From Bacilli bacterium (GTDB lineage Bacteria; Bacillota_I; Bacilli_A; RFN20; CAG-826): a stretch of DNA of 64,000 nucleotides. The notes beneath the pieces are model-generated. The model was given only the letters and a program-made list of their open reading frames with translations, did not search any database and was not told the origin of the DNA. This document shows positions 26,902 through 35,992 of this stretch, one piece after another. A program made the translations under genes and the position numbers. The stretch covers positions 18,963 through 82,962 of the forward strand of contig JAFZRR010000062.1 in assembly GCA_017619815.1 (NCBI GenBank). Reading direction: 5' to 3'. Position 1 is the stretch's first letter. Every line of letters begins with the position of its first letter.

Positions 26902-29900
26902 CTATGTTGATATTTTTGTATATGTTATTGTCAGATTCACTATTTGGCAGTTGTTATCATTAGTGACATATAACATAAAGTATGAATAACTTGTGTTTGT
27001 ATTTGTTAATGTAATTGTTGCACCTTTAACTGCTTTTGCTAAGTTTGTGGCATTTGACGGAGTAGTTAAAGCAGTTGCCCCATAACTAATACTTAATATT
27101 ACTTTTTCGGATGTGTTGTTTGAGTAAGTGAAAACAATTTGAGAAATATAATAACCACTTGGTGCACTAATATTTCTTAAATATGCACCAGTTTTACCGA
27201 ATAAAATATAAGTCGTAGATGATGGATTTGCTGCAGATGCTTTAGCACCATTTCCTCCACCGAAAACTAAACCAGCGCCATCACCCGTAAGAGTTTGATC
27301 GCCTTGCGTTCCTGTAATGCCATAGAAATTCTGTGTAAAATCAAGTGATATAACCACGGTATCGGATTGGCTTCCTCCGCTGCTAACCGTAATAGGTTGA
27401 GCACATGTTTTGCCTTGATATGTAATAGTTATAGAAGTATCGGTTGTTGTTAATTCATAAGATGTTGTTGGGCTGAATGTAAAGCCGCTCGAGTTGCTAG
27501 CATAAGAAACATCAGTTGTTGATCCATCATTGTAATGTAATGTGATTTCTAAACCAGTAGGATCAAATGTTTCTCCAGCTGTATATGCAATTTTTGTTGG
27601 AGCTGTTTTAACTGAAATGCTGACCAAAGAGACAACCGGTGCTACGTTTGTTTCGACTTTCTTATATAATTCAATACTCGATTGTGTGCTTGTGTATGGA
27701 ATGAAACGGCCACTTCCGTTGTTGTGATTGTATTGCAAACTACCACAGTCTGCATTTGTACTTGTTATTGTGGCTGTTCCACTGCTTATTGAAACAGTCC
27801 AAGTTCCAGTTCCGTTACTATCGTAGTTAATTTTCTTTGCTGCTTGGGTATATAATTGACCACTCGATGATGTAAATGTCCAAGCGCCTGTTGTACCGCC
27901 TACTGTAAATTCAACACCATCACATTTGAATGGAATTGTACCATTGTTATCAATTGTAACGGAGGCAGGCAATAACAAATCACCAGATTTTGCGCCAGCA
28001 ACCACATTGTATTGAGCACACCCAATTAATACTATGTCGCCAGCAGCTAATCCTGCAGTACTGGTAATCCTTTGATAAATATAATAGACAGGTCCTGTGC
28101 TAGACACAGTGATTGAATATGTCGTTTCTTTTGTAACACCACCTTCTGTATAAGTGATAGTAACTGTCTTTGAACCAGATGTTGACATATCTGGAGAACT
28201 AATTGTTAAATTTGGTGAGGAAGTGACATTTGCGGTCGTACCATCGCTATATGTTGCTGTAACAACACCATTTCCAATCGTAAATGTATCACCAACATTG
28301 AATGTTACTGTTTGTCCACTTATAGCAATTGATGATAATGTTTTAGTTAAATTTGACCAAGTTAAAGTGAATGTTGCTTCTACTGGATTGCCATTTGAAT
28401 CTAAATCAGTAGTGGTCGCTTTTATGGTTGCGCTTCCAGAAACAGAGTTAATAGAGATTTGTCCTGAACTTTGATTAATTGTTAATCCTGTTCCGCTTGT
28501 TATTGACCATGTAACATTGTTACTTGTTGTAGTATCGCTATATGTAACGAGTGCGGTTGGCGTCCAAACATATGGAATAGTTCCGTTTGAAACAGTCTTT
28601 GTTCCACTCGTTATATCGGTATTTCCATCTTTAATTGCTAATGACGTGACGGAAGCAAGTGTTCCTTGTTCGTAATAAATAGTGTAGCTTTCGCAATAAA
28701 GTGAGTTAACAGTTGCGGCAATTGTTAAAACAACATTTTGACCATTTTGAACTGTTAAATCATTAGTTATCATTGGTTCAACTGTGACGAAATTAGTTGA
28801 CCATGATCCATGCCAACTTGAATCATTAAAGTTAGCAGTGGCAATGGAAGAAATGGTGTTGCTTCCGACAACAGCGTTAAAATTACCAGCACCTTTATCG
28901 GAGTTGGATTTCATACTCAAAAGAATTCTTGTGATTTTATAACCTTTATAACCGCTTAAAGTTAAGGTCATTGAGTTACCTGCGGTTAATTGATATTTCT
29001 GATTATAAGTGGATGAATATATAGCACTCGAGCCAGATGGAACATCTCCTGATGCAGTAACTGCACTAGTAGATGTAATTGTGTAAGTTGCATATGTTTC
29101 CGAACCATCAGAAACCCTAATAATGCATGTATCTTTAATATTTGTGCCGTGAATAGTTGCAGTAAGGGTAGATGTACCTGCCGCCAAACCATAAACAGTA
29201 ATTGTTCCATTTTGTATTTCGAAGTTAGAACCTGTGTATGTGGTGGATGAAGTTAATACGGTTGCATCGGAGCTTGAAAATGATAAAGAACCTGATGTTC
29301 CTATGATTGACCAATCGACATCTCCATTAAACGAGAAGTCTAATGTTAAACTCGAGTTCAAAGTAATTACTTCATTCGTTCCATCAATATCTATATTGTA
29401 ATTGTAAATAGTGATTTTAAACGTCTTATCAGCGTAGAAGTCACCTAATGTTGCGCCGCCATTATAATGGACAAGAACTGAAAGGTTATTTCCTGAAATA
29501 TTTAATGTTTGACCATTAGCATAATATGTTCCGCCAATACTAAAAACACAATCTGATGTGACATCGATCTCACCAACTGTTGCAAAGTGTCCTGTAACGA
29601 CCAAACCACTTGTGTCGAATTGATCACCTTTAACATATGTTGTTTTAGTTGGTTGAGTTGTAATGGCAATATATTCAAGAACATCTGCTAAAACAGTGAT
29701 AGGGAATGAACCATTTTTTGTAGTACCTCTATCCGTATATGTAACATTAATGGTTTTTGGACTACCAATGTTAGTGAATACAGTTTTATTTGGAATTAAT
29801 GTTCCTTCGCCTGAAGTCGTGTAAGAGCAATCGGAAGTTACATTAAGTGTAAACGTATCATTATTAGGTTTTGTATATGTTGCGATACATGTTATGCCCC

Positions 29901-31332
29901 TTAAACTGAAATATTCACCGACACTATAAATTGCATCTGAACCTTGTGGTCCGGTAATAGATAAACTTGTTAAGGAAGCACTAATGATGTCATTTTCATG
30001 GAATCGATATAAACTAATGTCATTTTTGGACGTTCCATAATACGCAAATTTGGAATTAGCAGTGTCATATTGCATTTGCATTGAACTGTGTGCGGCAGAT
30101 TTAACAACAGCAGAAGTCCCGTTATATGCTAATGTATTAGACATATTTTCAGCACTAGAATTAGAAATGATGCCGTCTGTTGTTGTGTTGTTACCAACAT
30201 AGTAGTTGTTATCTGTGCGGTATGTTCCATTTGCTCTATCATATGTTAAAGAGGCATCATCAATTGCATCAGTTGAATAAACTGTGTCTTTTCCGTTTGA
30301 TATATAATCACCAATATTTAATTGGTTGTTGTTTGTATTGATACCACTTGATGATCCAATTGTTTCAGAGCCTGTTGCTTTTGAACCATCTAAAATTTGT
30401 TGGCTAGAATCTGTAATGTATGAAGATAAATATTGGCCGCTATAAGAGCCGCCAACATCATTCATACGAATGTATTTGCCTGTATTATTATTTCCATAGG
30501 TTGAAGTAGAAAAATCTCTAATATAGAAATCAATATTAGAAATATCACCAACAAGATTATGAATGGCATCTGTGGAATTAATATGGTCTTCAACGAAGCC
30601 ATCGACTAATTTTTCATTATATGAACACTCAATATAAACGATTGATTTTTTAATAGTACCAACATTATATAGTTCAGGAACAATTGTAATCTTGTTGCCG
30701 TTTTCTGGATCAACAGGTTGATTGTTCATCAAAGAGATAAACGTTGATGGTGTTTTTCTAGAAGCAAAATACGCAATAGAAGTTCTATACATTGCGTCTT
30801 CTTCATCTTTATAGGTTCCTTGGTCTTCTGAAATGCCAACACCAATTGGTATTGCAGTATCACTATTAAATGGTGTGTATGAAGTAGCGATGCATTGGAA
30901 TTGAACAACGTTCGAAGTTAATAATCTAATGCCATCAGCATCTGTTAATGTTGAACTAGCTAATTTGCGAACATCAATTTCAACTGCCTTCGTGGTTGTA
31001 TCCAATCCATTAGGAAAAGATAATTCGGTTCTGATAACGATATTTGAATAAACATTTCTAGCTTTAATGTATTGGTCGTAATCAGGCAATACAAATTCGC
31101 TTGCATCATTAGTAAAAGCAACACCCTTCTTTAGGTCGTCGTCATATTTTAGAATTGTAAAATTATCAATAATTAAATTTCTTGATGCCGATTTAATTGA
31201 AAGATTGGTGGAGTGTGTAACTTTATTAGAATTGTACCAGGCGAACGTGGCTGCGCCTGCAACTGCAACAGAAAAAGAAAGATTGGCGATTGCGCCTGCT
31301 AATGCTAAAACTTTCTTTTTACTTAGACTCAT
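26902..31332 (-). CDS. giant secreted/surface protein with multiple Big_3 (bacterial Ig-like) repeats and a SipW-cognate-type signal
   Basis: The likely start is ATG 31332, 'MSLSKKKVLALAGAIANLSFSVAVAGAATFAWYNSN'. The track start at 31377 lies inside the riboswitch terminator loop. Repeated Big_3-like units include 'TKTTYVKGDQFDTSGLVVTGHFATVGEIDVTSD', 'TKIAYTAGETFDPTGLEITLHYNDGSTTDVS' and 'VTFNVGDTFTIGNGVVTATYSDGTTANVT'. Confidence 0.7.
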   Translation of the reverse strand: MSLSKKKVLALAGAIANLSFSVAVAGAATFAWYNSNKVTHSTNLSIKSASRNLIIDNFTILKYDDDLKKGVAFTNDASEFVLPDYDQYIKARNVYSNIVIRTELSFPNGLDTTTKAVEIDVRKLASSTLTDADGIRLLTSNVVQFQCIATSYTPFNSDTAIPIGVGISEDQGTYKDEEDAMYRTSIAYFASRKTPSTFISLMNNQPVDPENGNKITIVPELYNVGTIKKSIVYIECSYNEKLVDGFVEDHINSTDAIHNLVGDISNIDFYIRDFSTSTYGNNNTGKYIRMNDVGGSYSGQYLSSYITDSSQQILDGSKATGSETIGSSSGINTNNNQLNIGDYISNGKDTVYSTDAIDDASLTYDRANGTYRTDNNYYVGNNTTTDGIISNSSAENMSNTLAYNGTSAVVKSAAHSSMQMQYDTANSKFAYYGTSKNDISLYRFHENDIISASLTSLSITGPQGSDAIYSVGEYFSLRGITCIATYTKPNNDTFTLNVTSDCSYTTSGEGTLIPNKTVFTNIGSPKTINVTYTDRGTTKNGSFPITVLADVLEYIAITTQPTKTTYVKGDQFDTSGLVVTGHFATVGEIDVTSDCVFSIGGTYYANGQTLNISGNNLSVLVHYNGGATLGDFYADKTFKITIYNYNIDIDGTNEVITLNSSLTLDFSFNGDVDWSIIGTSGSLSFSSSDATVLTSSTTYTGSNFEIQNGTITVYGLAAGTSTLTATIHGTNIKDTCIIRVSDGSETYATYTITSTSAVTASGDVPSGSSAIYSSTYNQKYQLTAGNSMTLTLSGYKGYKITRILLSMKSNSDKGAGNFNAVVGSNTISSIATANFNDSSWHGSWSTNFVTVEPMITNDLTVQNGQNVVLTIAATVNSLYCESYTIYYEQGTLASVTSLAIKDGNTDITSGTKTVSNGTIPYVWTPTALVTYSDTTTSNNVTWSITSGTGLTINQSSGQISINSVSGSATIKATTTDLDSNGNPVEATFTLTWSNLTKTLSSIAISGQTVTFNVGDTFTIGNGVVTATYSDGTTANVTSSPNLTISSPDMSTSGSKTVTITYTEGGVTKETTYSITVSSTGPVYYIYQRITSTAGLAAGDIVLIGCAQYNVVAGAKSGDLLLPASVTIDNNGTIPFKCDGVEFTVGGTTGAWTFTSSSGQLYTQAAKKINYDSNGTGTWTVSISSGTATITSTNADCGSLQYNHNNGSGRFIPYTSTQSSIELYKKVETNVAPVVSLVSISVKTAPTKIAYTAGETFDPTGLEITLHYNDGSTTDVSYASNSSGFTFSPTTSYELTTTDTSITITYQGKTCAQPITVSSGGSQSDTVVISLDFTQNFYGITGTQGDQTLTGDGAGLVFGGGNGAKASAANPSSTTYILFGKTGAYLRNISAPSGYYISQIVFTYSNNTSEKVILSISYGATALTTPSNATNLAKAVKGATITLTNTNTSYSYFMLYVTNDNNCQIVNLTITYTKIST

Positions 31333-31353
31333 TTTTAATTCTTCTTTCCTTAG

Positions 31354-31385
31354 AAATAAAAAACCGAAGTTTTTCATCCCCTCGG
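31354..31385 (-). terminator. riboswitch 2 expression-platform terminator
   Basis: On the - strand, CCGAGG-GGAUGAAAAA-CUUCGG is followed by UUUUUUAUUU. The 5' arm overlaps the 3' end of P1 (GUUGCC|GAGG). Confidence 0.55.
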
Positions 31386-31450
31386 CAACTGGCTGTCTTC
31401 GATTAAGACCCTATAGCTTTGCGTCACCACATCACTGTGGGTTTGCTATT
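31382..31450 (-). promoter_or_regulatory. c-di-GMP-I (GEMM-I) riboswitch aptamer 2
   Basis: On the - strand: AGCAAACC-[CACA-GUGA-UGUG]-GUGACGCAAAGCUAUAGGGUCUUAAUCGAAGACAGCCAGUUGCC. The P2 base pairs covary relative to aptamer 1 (CAGUA/UACUG becomes CACA/UGUG) while the conserved nucleotides are identical. Confidence 0.8.
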
Positions 31451-31460
31451 AACGTCTTAT

Positions 31461-31489
31461 ATTATATTTATATAAATAATATCACGCAA
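31461..31489 (-). promoter_or_regulatory. sigma-A-like promoter driving riboswitch 2
   Basis: On the - strand, TTGCGT is followed by a 17-nt spacer and TATAAT. The aptamer starts about 10 nt downstream of the -10. Confidence 0.45.
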
Positions 31490-31587
31490 GTGTTTTTGTA
31501 TACGCGTATATGAATAAAGATTTATAAAAGTGCAAAATGTATGTACAAAAGATGTACAAATGGTATTATTATTCATGAGGTGATATT

Positions 31588-32466
31588 ATGCCCACAGTTT
31601 ATAAAACCAATAGAATCAACATTAGATTATCTAATGAAGATAAAGACTTGTTAGAAGCCGCAGCAAAGAGAAATAGACAAAGTCTATCTTCTTACATTAT
31701 CAGCGCGGCTATTAGACAAGCAGATCATTCTGGTTATATAGAAGAATCTAATAACTCTCCATATAAATCCATCTGCAGCAAAGAAATTTTAGATTTTTAT
31801 TATTCTGCGGAGAATTATGTTTTAAGTTGTAGCAATGATTTAGAGAGAGTAAAGGAACTATATTTATCTACTATTAAGAGGAACAAAGAGGAAGCTAATA
31901 CATTCGCGAATAAATTAGTTTTAGTGAGGAAACAATTAGATGATGACTTAACCTTCTTCATGGATAGTGACCCTGCTGTGGATTCAAGAGAAGAAGTCAT
32001 ACTTGCGTATCCTGGTTTTAAGGCTATTAGATTTCATAGAATTGCTCATGAATTATATCTATTAAATGAAAAGCTGTTCGCAAGAATTATTGCAGAAGAG
32101 GCTCATAAAGAAACTGGTGTAGATATTCATCCAGGTGCTACAATTGGATCACCTTTCTTTATTGACCATGGCACCGGTATTGTTATTGGTGAAACCACAG
32201 TCATTGGTCAAAGAGTAAAGATATATCAATCAGTGACATTGGGAGCGTTATCATTAGCCAAAGGCAGTAAGATGAAAGGTGAAAAACGCCACCCTACAAT
32301 TGGTAATGATGTTACTATATATGCTGGTGTATCTATTTTAGGTGGAGATGTACAAATTGGTGATCGTGTCACAATTGGTAGTAACGTCTTCTTAACCGAA
32401 TCAATACCCGCGAATACGCGCGTATTAAATGGAAAACCAGAATTGGTTCTCCAAGAAAGAAAATAA
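31588..32466 (+). CDS. serine O-acetyltransferase (CysE-like) with an N-terminal RHH/TacA(DUF1778)-like extension
   Basis: 'LAYPGFKAIRFHRIAHELY', 'DIHPGATIGSPFFIDHGTGIVIGETTVIG' and 'IGNDVTIYAGVSILGGDVQIGDRVTIG' are CysE hexapeptide motifs. The N-terminus 'TNRINIRLSNEDKDLLEAAAKRNRQSLSSYII' resembles ribbon-helix-helix antitoxins. Confidence 0.7.
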   Translation: MPTVYKTNRINIRLSNEDKDLLEAAAKRNRQSLSSYIISAAIRQADHSGYIEESNNSPYKSICSKEILDFYYSAENYVLSCSNDLERVKELYLSTIKRNKEEANTFANKLVLVRKQLDDDLTFFMDSDPAVDSREEVILAYPGFKAIRFHRIAHELYLLNEKLFARIIAEEAHKETGVDIHPGATIGSPFFIDHGTGIVIGETTVIGQRVKIYQSVTLGALSLAKGSKMKGEKRHPTIGNDVTIYAGVSILGGDVQIGDRVTIGSNVFLTESIPANTRVLNGKPELVLQERK

Positions 32467-32529
32467 AAAATAGTAGAAGTTTTTTAACTAGTTAATATAA
32501 TAATTTATGAAATCGAAGGGAGAATTTTT

Positions 32530-32943
32530 ATGAGAAAACTTCAAGAACTCTTTTATAAAATCGGTAGAATTGTTAACTTTGTCATGGTTGGTATTCATGG
32601 CTTAGTGGTTCTCATCAACATCATTCTTTTAATCGTTGATGCAATTGCTGGTAATTATGTTGCTGACAATATCAGCGCTATTATCACAAACATTATCTTT
32701 GCCGGTTTCGCTGTTGCTTTGATTATTGTGGATCGCATTTATGCAAAGGATGCCCTTAATGCACCAATCAACAACTTAAAACCAGTCATCATCTTAATGG
32801 TTGGTGGTTTATTTGTCGCATTCTGGTGCCACGTCGCTGGCGGTGTCTTTGGTATCATCGCAGCCATCCAAGAAAAAAACAACGGTGGCGAAGCTAAGAA
32901 AGAAGAACCAGCTGAAGAGAAAAAAGAAGAAAAGGCTGAATAA
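32530..32943 (+). CDS. small membrane protein with a KE-rich C-terminal tail
   Basis: RBS GAAGGGAG precedes the start. There are 3-4 TM helices and the tail is 'EAKKEEPAEEKKEEKAE'. Confidence 0.5.
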   Translation: MRKLQELFYKIGRIVNFVMVGIHGLVVLINIILLIVDAIAGNYVADNISAIITNIIFAGFAVALIIVDRIYAKDALNAPINNLKPVIILMVGGLFVAFWCHVAGGVFGIIAAIQEKNNGGEAKKEEPAEEKKEEKAE

Positions 32944-33102
32944 TTCAGTTTTATCAAATTACAGATGGGACCTATTAAGGTCTCTTTTGTTATATGCATT
33001 TATCTAATATTTGGTATAATTAAAACAACAAAAAACATTTATCCATTATTATCGCGATTTTTGGATTGATGTTATTTACTACTTTATAGGAGGTCTCTAT
33101 CC

Positions 33103-33516
33103 ATGGAAGAAGAAAAGAAAGAAGTAGTCGAAGCAGAAGTTAAAGAAGAACAAGTTGAAGAAGCTCCTGCTCAAGAAGTTAATGCTGAATAAAATGAGAA
33201 AAATGCATTAGTCGCATTCATTCTCGCCGTTGTTGGCTTTGTCTTAGCATCAACCGCTCTTGGCTTACTCATTTGTGGTATTATCTCAAAGAGTTTTGTC
33301 AAGAAAGTTAACGGCCCAGTTGAAAAGAAACCACATGCTGTTTTCTACAAAGTAGCCAAAGTTGCCGCACCAATCGAAATTATCGTTGGTATCGTCTTAC
33401 TCTGTTTAGCGGTTCTCGGCTTATTGATTTGGCTCATTTACTTCATCGTAGTGGTCGTTATTATTGGTGGCGCAGCTGCTGCTGATGCTGCATCAATCGC
33501 AATGTTATTATTCTAA
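33103..33516 (+). pseudogene. small membrane-protein gene interrupted by an in-frame TAA at codon 30 (pseudogene or readthrough candidate)
   Basis: A strong RBS (AGGAGGT, 9-nt spacer) precedes ATG 33103. The 29-aa acidic segment 'MEEEKKEVVEAEVKEEQVEEAPAQEVNAE' ends at TAA 33190-33192. The same frame then continues for 107 codons of hydrophobic sequence (...ALVAFILAVVGFVLASTALGLLICGI...LLIWLIYFIVVVVIIGG...) with no ATG, GTG or TTG start, to TAA 33514-33516. A terminator follows at 33533..33565. Confidence 0.45.
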
Positions 33517-33614
33517 TCATTAAGTTAGAAAATGGAGAAGAGGGTTTATCCCTCTTTTCTTTTTGTGTTTGAATAATAATTCTATAGTAAGATAGAATAG
33601 TTAGCGAATTTACT

Positions 33615-34358
33615 ATGGATCTATTAGCGTGGCATAAATATAACAAAGAGTTACTTCATGAGAACGCTTATGAATTAACACCTTATTTAAGTGAGGATAA
33701 AAACGCTCCAGTGGTGATTGTCTGCCCAGGTGGTGGATACCGCATGGTATGTACTTTTAGAGAGGGACATCCAGTGGCAAAGTTTTTCCAAGAACAAGGT
33801 TATAACGCTTTTGTTTTAAGATACCGTATCAAAGATCAAGCTCATTATCCTCATCCACTTGAAGATATTGCTCGCGCTTTAAAAGATGTACAAGAACTAT
33901 ATAACTTATCTTTAGATAACTATTCTCTCTGTGGATTCTCCGCAGGAGGACATATGTGTGCGTTATTTGGCGTGGAAGAATATGGCTATGGAAAATATAA
34001 TCTTCCAAAACCAAATCTCTTGATGCTTGTATATCCTGTTATTTCTTTAGAAAAGAAAATCACCCACAGAAGTACAAGAAAGTACTTTGCGGGAGAAAAA
34101 GATAAAGAAGCTTTAGAAGTCGGCAATATCTATCATCACGTGAATGATTCTTATCCAAAGACATTTATTTGGAGAGGGGATATTGATCGCTCTGTTAAAC
34201 ATGTAAATAGTGATTTAATGATTGATGAATTATTAAAACACAATGTTCCATGCAAATACTTTAAATATGGCAAAGTTGGTCATGGTGTTGGTTTAGCAGA
34301 AAAAACCATCGCCAAAGATTGGCCATATGAAGCCGTAAAATTCTGGAAAGAAAACTAA
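33615..34358 (+). CDS. alpha/beta-hydrolase fold esterase/lipase
   Basis: 'VIVCPGGGYRMV' is the oxyanion HGG-type motif and 'GFSAGGHM' is the GxSxG nucleophile elbow. Confidence 0.7.
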   Translation: MDLLAWHKYNKELLHENAYELTPYLSEDKNAPVVIVCPGGGYRMVCTFREGHPVAKFFQEQGYNAFVLRYRIKDQAHYPHPLEDIARALKDVQELYNLSLDNYSLCGFSAGGHMCALFGVEEYGYGKYNLPKPNLLMLVYPVISLEKKITHRSTRKYFAGEKDKEALEVGNIYHHVNDSYPKTFIWRGDIDRSVKHVNSDLMIDELLKHNVPCKYFKYGKVGHGVGLAEKTIAKDWPYEAVKFWKEN

Positions 34359-34398
34359 TATTTTTTGATTAAATCAAACAATCATATAGAATAAGTGT

Positions 34399-35991
34399 AT
34401 GAAAAAGAAACTATTAATACTTCCTTTAATAACCTTATTAGCGGTACCTGGTTGTAAGAACAACACAAACGGAAATAAAAAAGGTGATGTTGTTAACGAG
34501 GCCGTTTTAAGAGCGAATACAAAAGAAATTAAGAAAAGTATTTTTTCTGACTTTGAATTAAAAGAAAAGAGTTTACCAGTTGCTAATGCAACTTCATATA
34601 CCATTTCCAATGGATTCTATGTAATTAAAGATTCCACAAATACACATTTCTATAGTCCACTTATTGAAGGTGTGGTGGCCACGATTGGTAACAGTGATGA
34701 CTACCATACATATACATCTGATGTGGCTGGAAGTTATTTGGTGTACACAAATGAAAATGGTGCCTCAGTGGTGGATGCTTTAGGCAACAAGCTTGTTGAA
34801 GATTCAAAAAGAACATATTCGTCCTTATCTATTACCAGTGGAATTAATTCCAAAGGTATTTATTACGCAGATGTGGCGTTTGATGATACACATCTATATT
34901 TCCACTATAGCGATAAAGGTGTGGCAACAGTCCACTCCACAGAAATCGGTGATGACTATGGTTCTGGCACAACAGTGCAAGGATTAGATTATGTTTTACT
35001 CGATGACTTTGGTCATCCTGGATATCAAAGAATTAAGAATAGTTCTAGATACATTATCTTTGATAACAAAGGAAATGAAATATCTTCCTTTACCGATCCA
35101 CATGCGGATGCATCTTTCTTTGTGGGCGATTATTTGATTTATCAAAACAGTGTGAAATTAGATAATAACAATAATAACTATGACTATATTTCTGAAACCG
35201 GAGAAAGGTATTCTTTAGAAACATATCGTATTAACTATTTAAATGCGAAGAAAGAAGCGATTGATGTTTCTTATCTCCTATCAACGGGTTCTAATGATAT
35301 CCATTCCTTTAGAAACGCAAAAGGTATTTATGCATATGCTTACGCAAATATGAGAACTATCTCTGATAAGAAGATTCTTTCTAGCACACTAGAAACATAT
35401 ATCGTTGATGGAAATGGAAACCTCCATGACAATGTCACCGGAATTAACTTAGGAGCGTTTGAAAGAATTGGTAATAACTTCTATAACACTGAAAACCAAA
35501 CCATCTATGATGGCAATCTTAATGAATTATCCATATTAACCAATATGAATCCAAATAAGATTGATAACGCGGAAATGATTATTTGTGAAGTCGAAGGCTT
35601 ATATGGCGCAGTCAATCAAAAAGGACAAGTTGTTTTACCATTTCAATATGATGCGATTATTACCACTTATATTTCTAATAACAAAGCCCTTGTTTTTGAT
35701 GATGGTGTAACCAAGATTGTGGAATTTGATGTTAATAAAGCCACATATAAAGATTTCAAAACATATGACACTAATACTTTCTCTTATTTTGGATGTGGTA
35801 TTTATAAAATTGGCGATCAATTCTTCAATTTAATTGATGGTGAATTAGATACACTTCTATTTGAAGAAGACTATCATATCGTGGCCACCAAGACCATTAG
35901 CTATGCTATCAATACGGCAAAGATATTTACTTTGCAAGGCAATGCTTCAACAACAGTTTATGGTTCTGGAACAATTACAATTACTCGTTAA
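34399..35991 (+). CDS. lipoprotein, function unknown
   Basis: The signal plus lipobox is 'LITLLAVPGCKNN'. The C-terminal half has WG/KWG-like repeats ('YGAVNQKGQVVLPFQYD'). Confidence 0.55.
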   Translation: MKKKLLILPLITLLAVPGCKNNTNGNKKGDVVNEAVLRANTKEIKKSIFSDFELKEKSLPVANATSYTISNGFYVIKDSTNTHFYSPLIEGVVATIGNSDDYHTYTSDVAGSYLVYTNENGASVVDALGNKLVEDSKRTYSSLSITSGINSKGIYYADVAFDDTHLYFHYSDKGVATVHSTEIGDDYGSGTTVQGLDYVLLDDFGHPGYQRIKNSSRYIIFDNKGNEISSFTDPHADASFFVGDYLIYQNSVKLDNNNNNYDYISETGERYSLETYRINYLNAKKEAIDVSYLLSTGSNDIHSFRNAKGIYAYAYANMRTISDKKILSSTLETYIVDGNGNLHDNVTGINLGAFERIGNNFYNTENQTIYDGNLNELSILTNMNPNKIDNAEMIICEVEGLYGAVNQKGQVVLPFQYDAIITTYISNNKALVFDDGVTKIVEFDVNKATYKDFKTYDTNTFSYFGCGIYKIGDQFFNLIDGELDTLLFEEDYHIVATKTISYAINTAKIFTLQGNASTTVYGSGTITITR

Positions 35992-35992
35992 T

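Noticed and set aside
31333-31377. The upstream ATG (31377) given as the start of the 1491-aa gene in the ORF track
   Set aside because: That ATG sits in the loop of the riboswitch-2 terminator hairpin (GGAUGAAAAA), with GAGGGG directly abutting it and no spacer. The downstream ATG 31332 gives a canonical signal peptide (MSLSKKK...).
32965-33069. A short ORF (34 aa) continuing the frame of 32530..32943 after its stop
   Set aside because: It is terminated by TGA at 33067-69 and has no RBS. It is not a readthrough extension.
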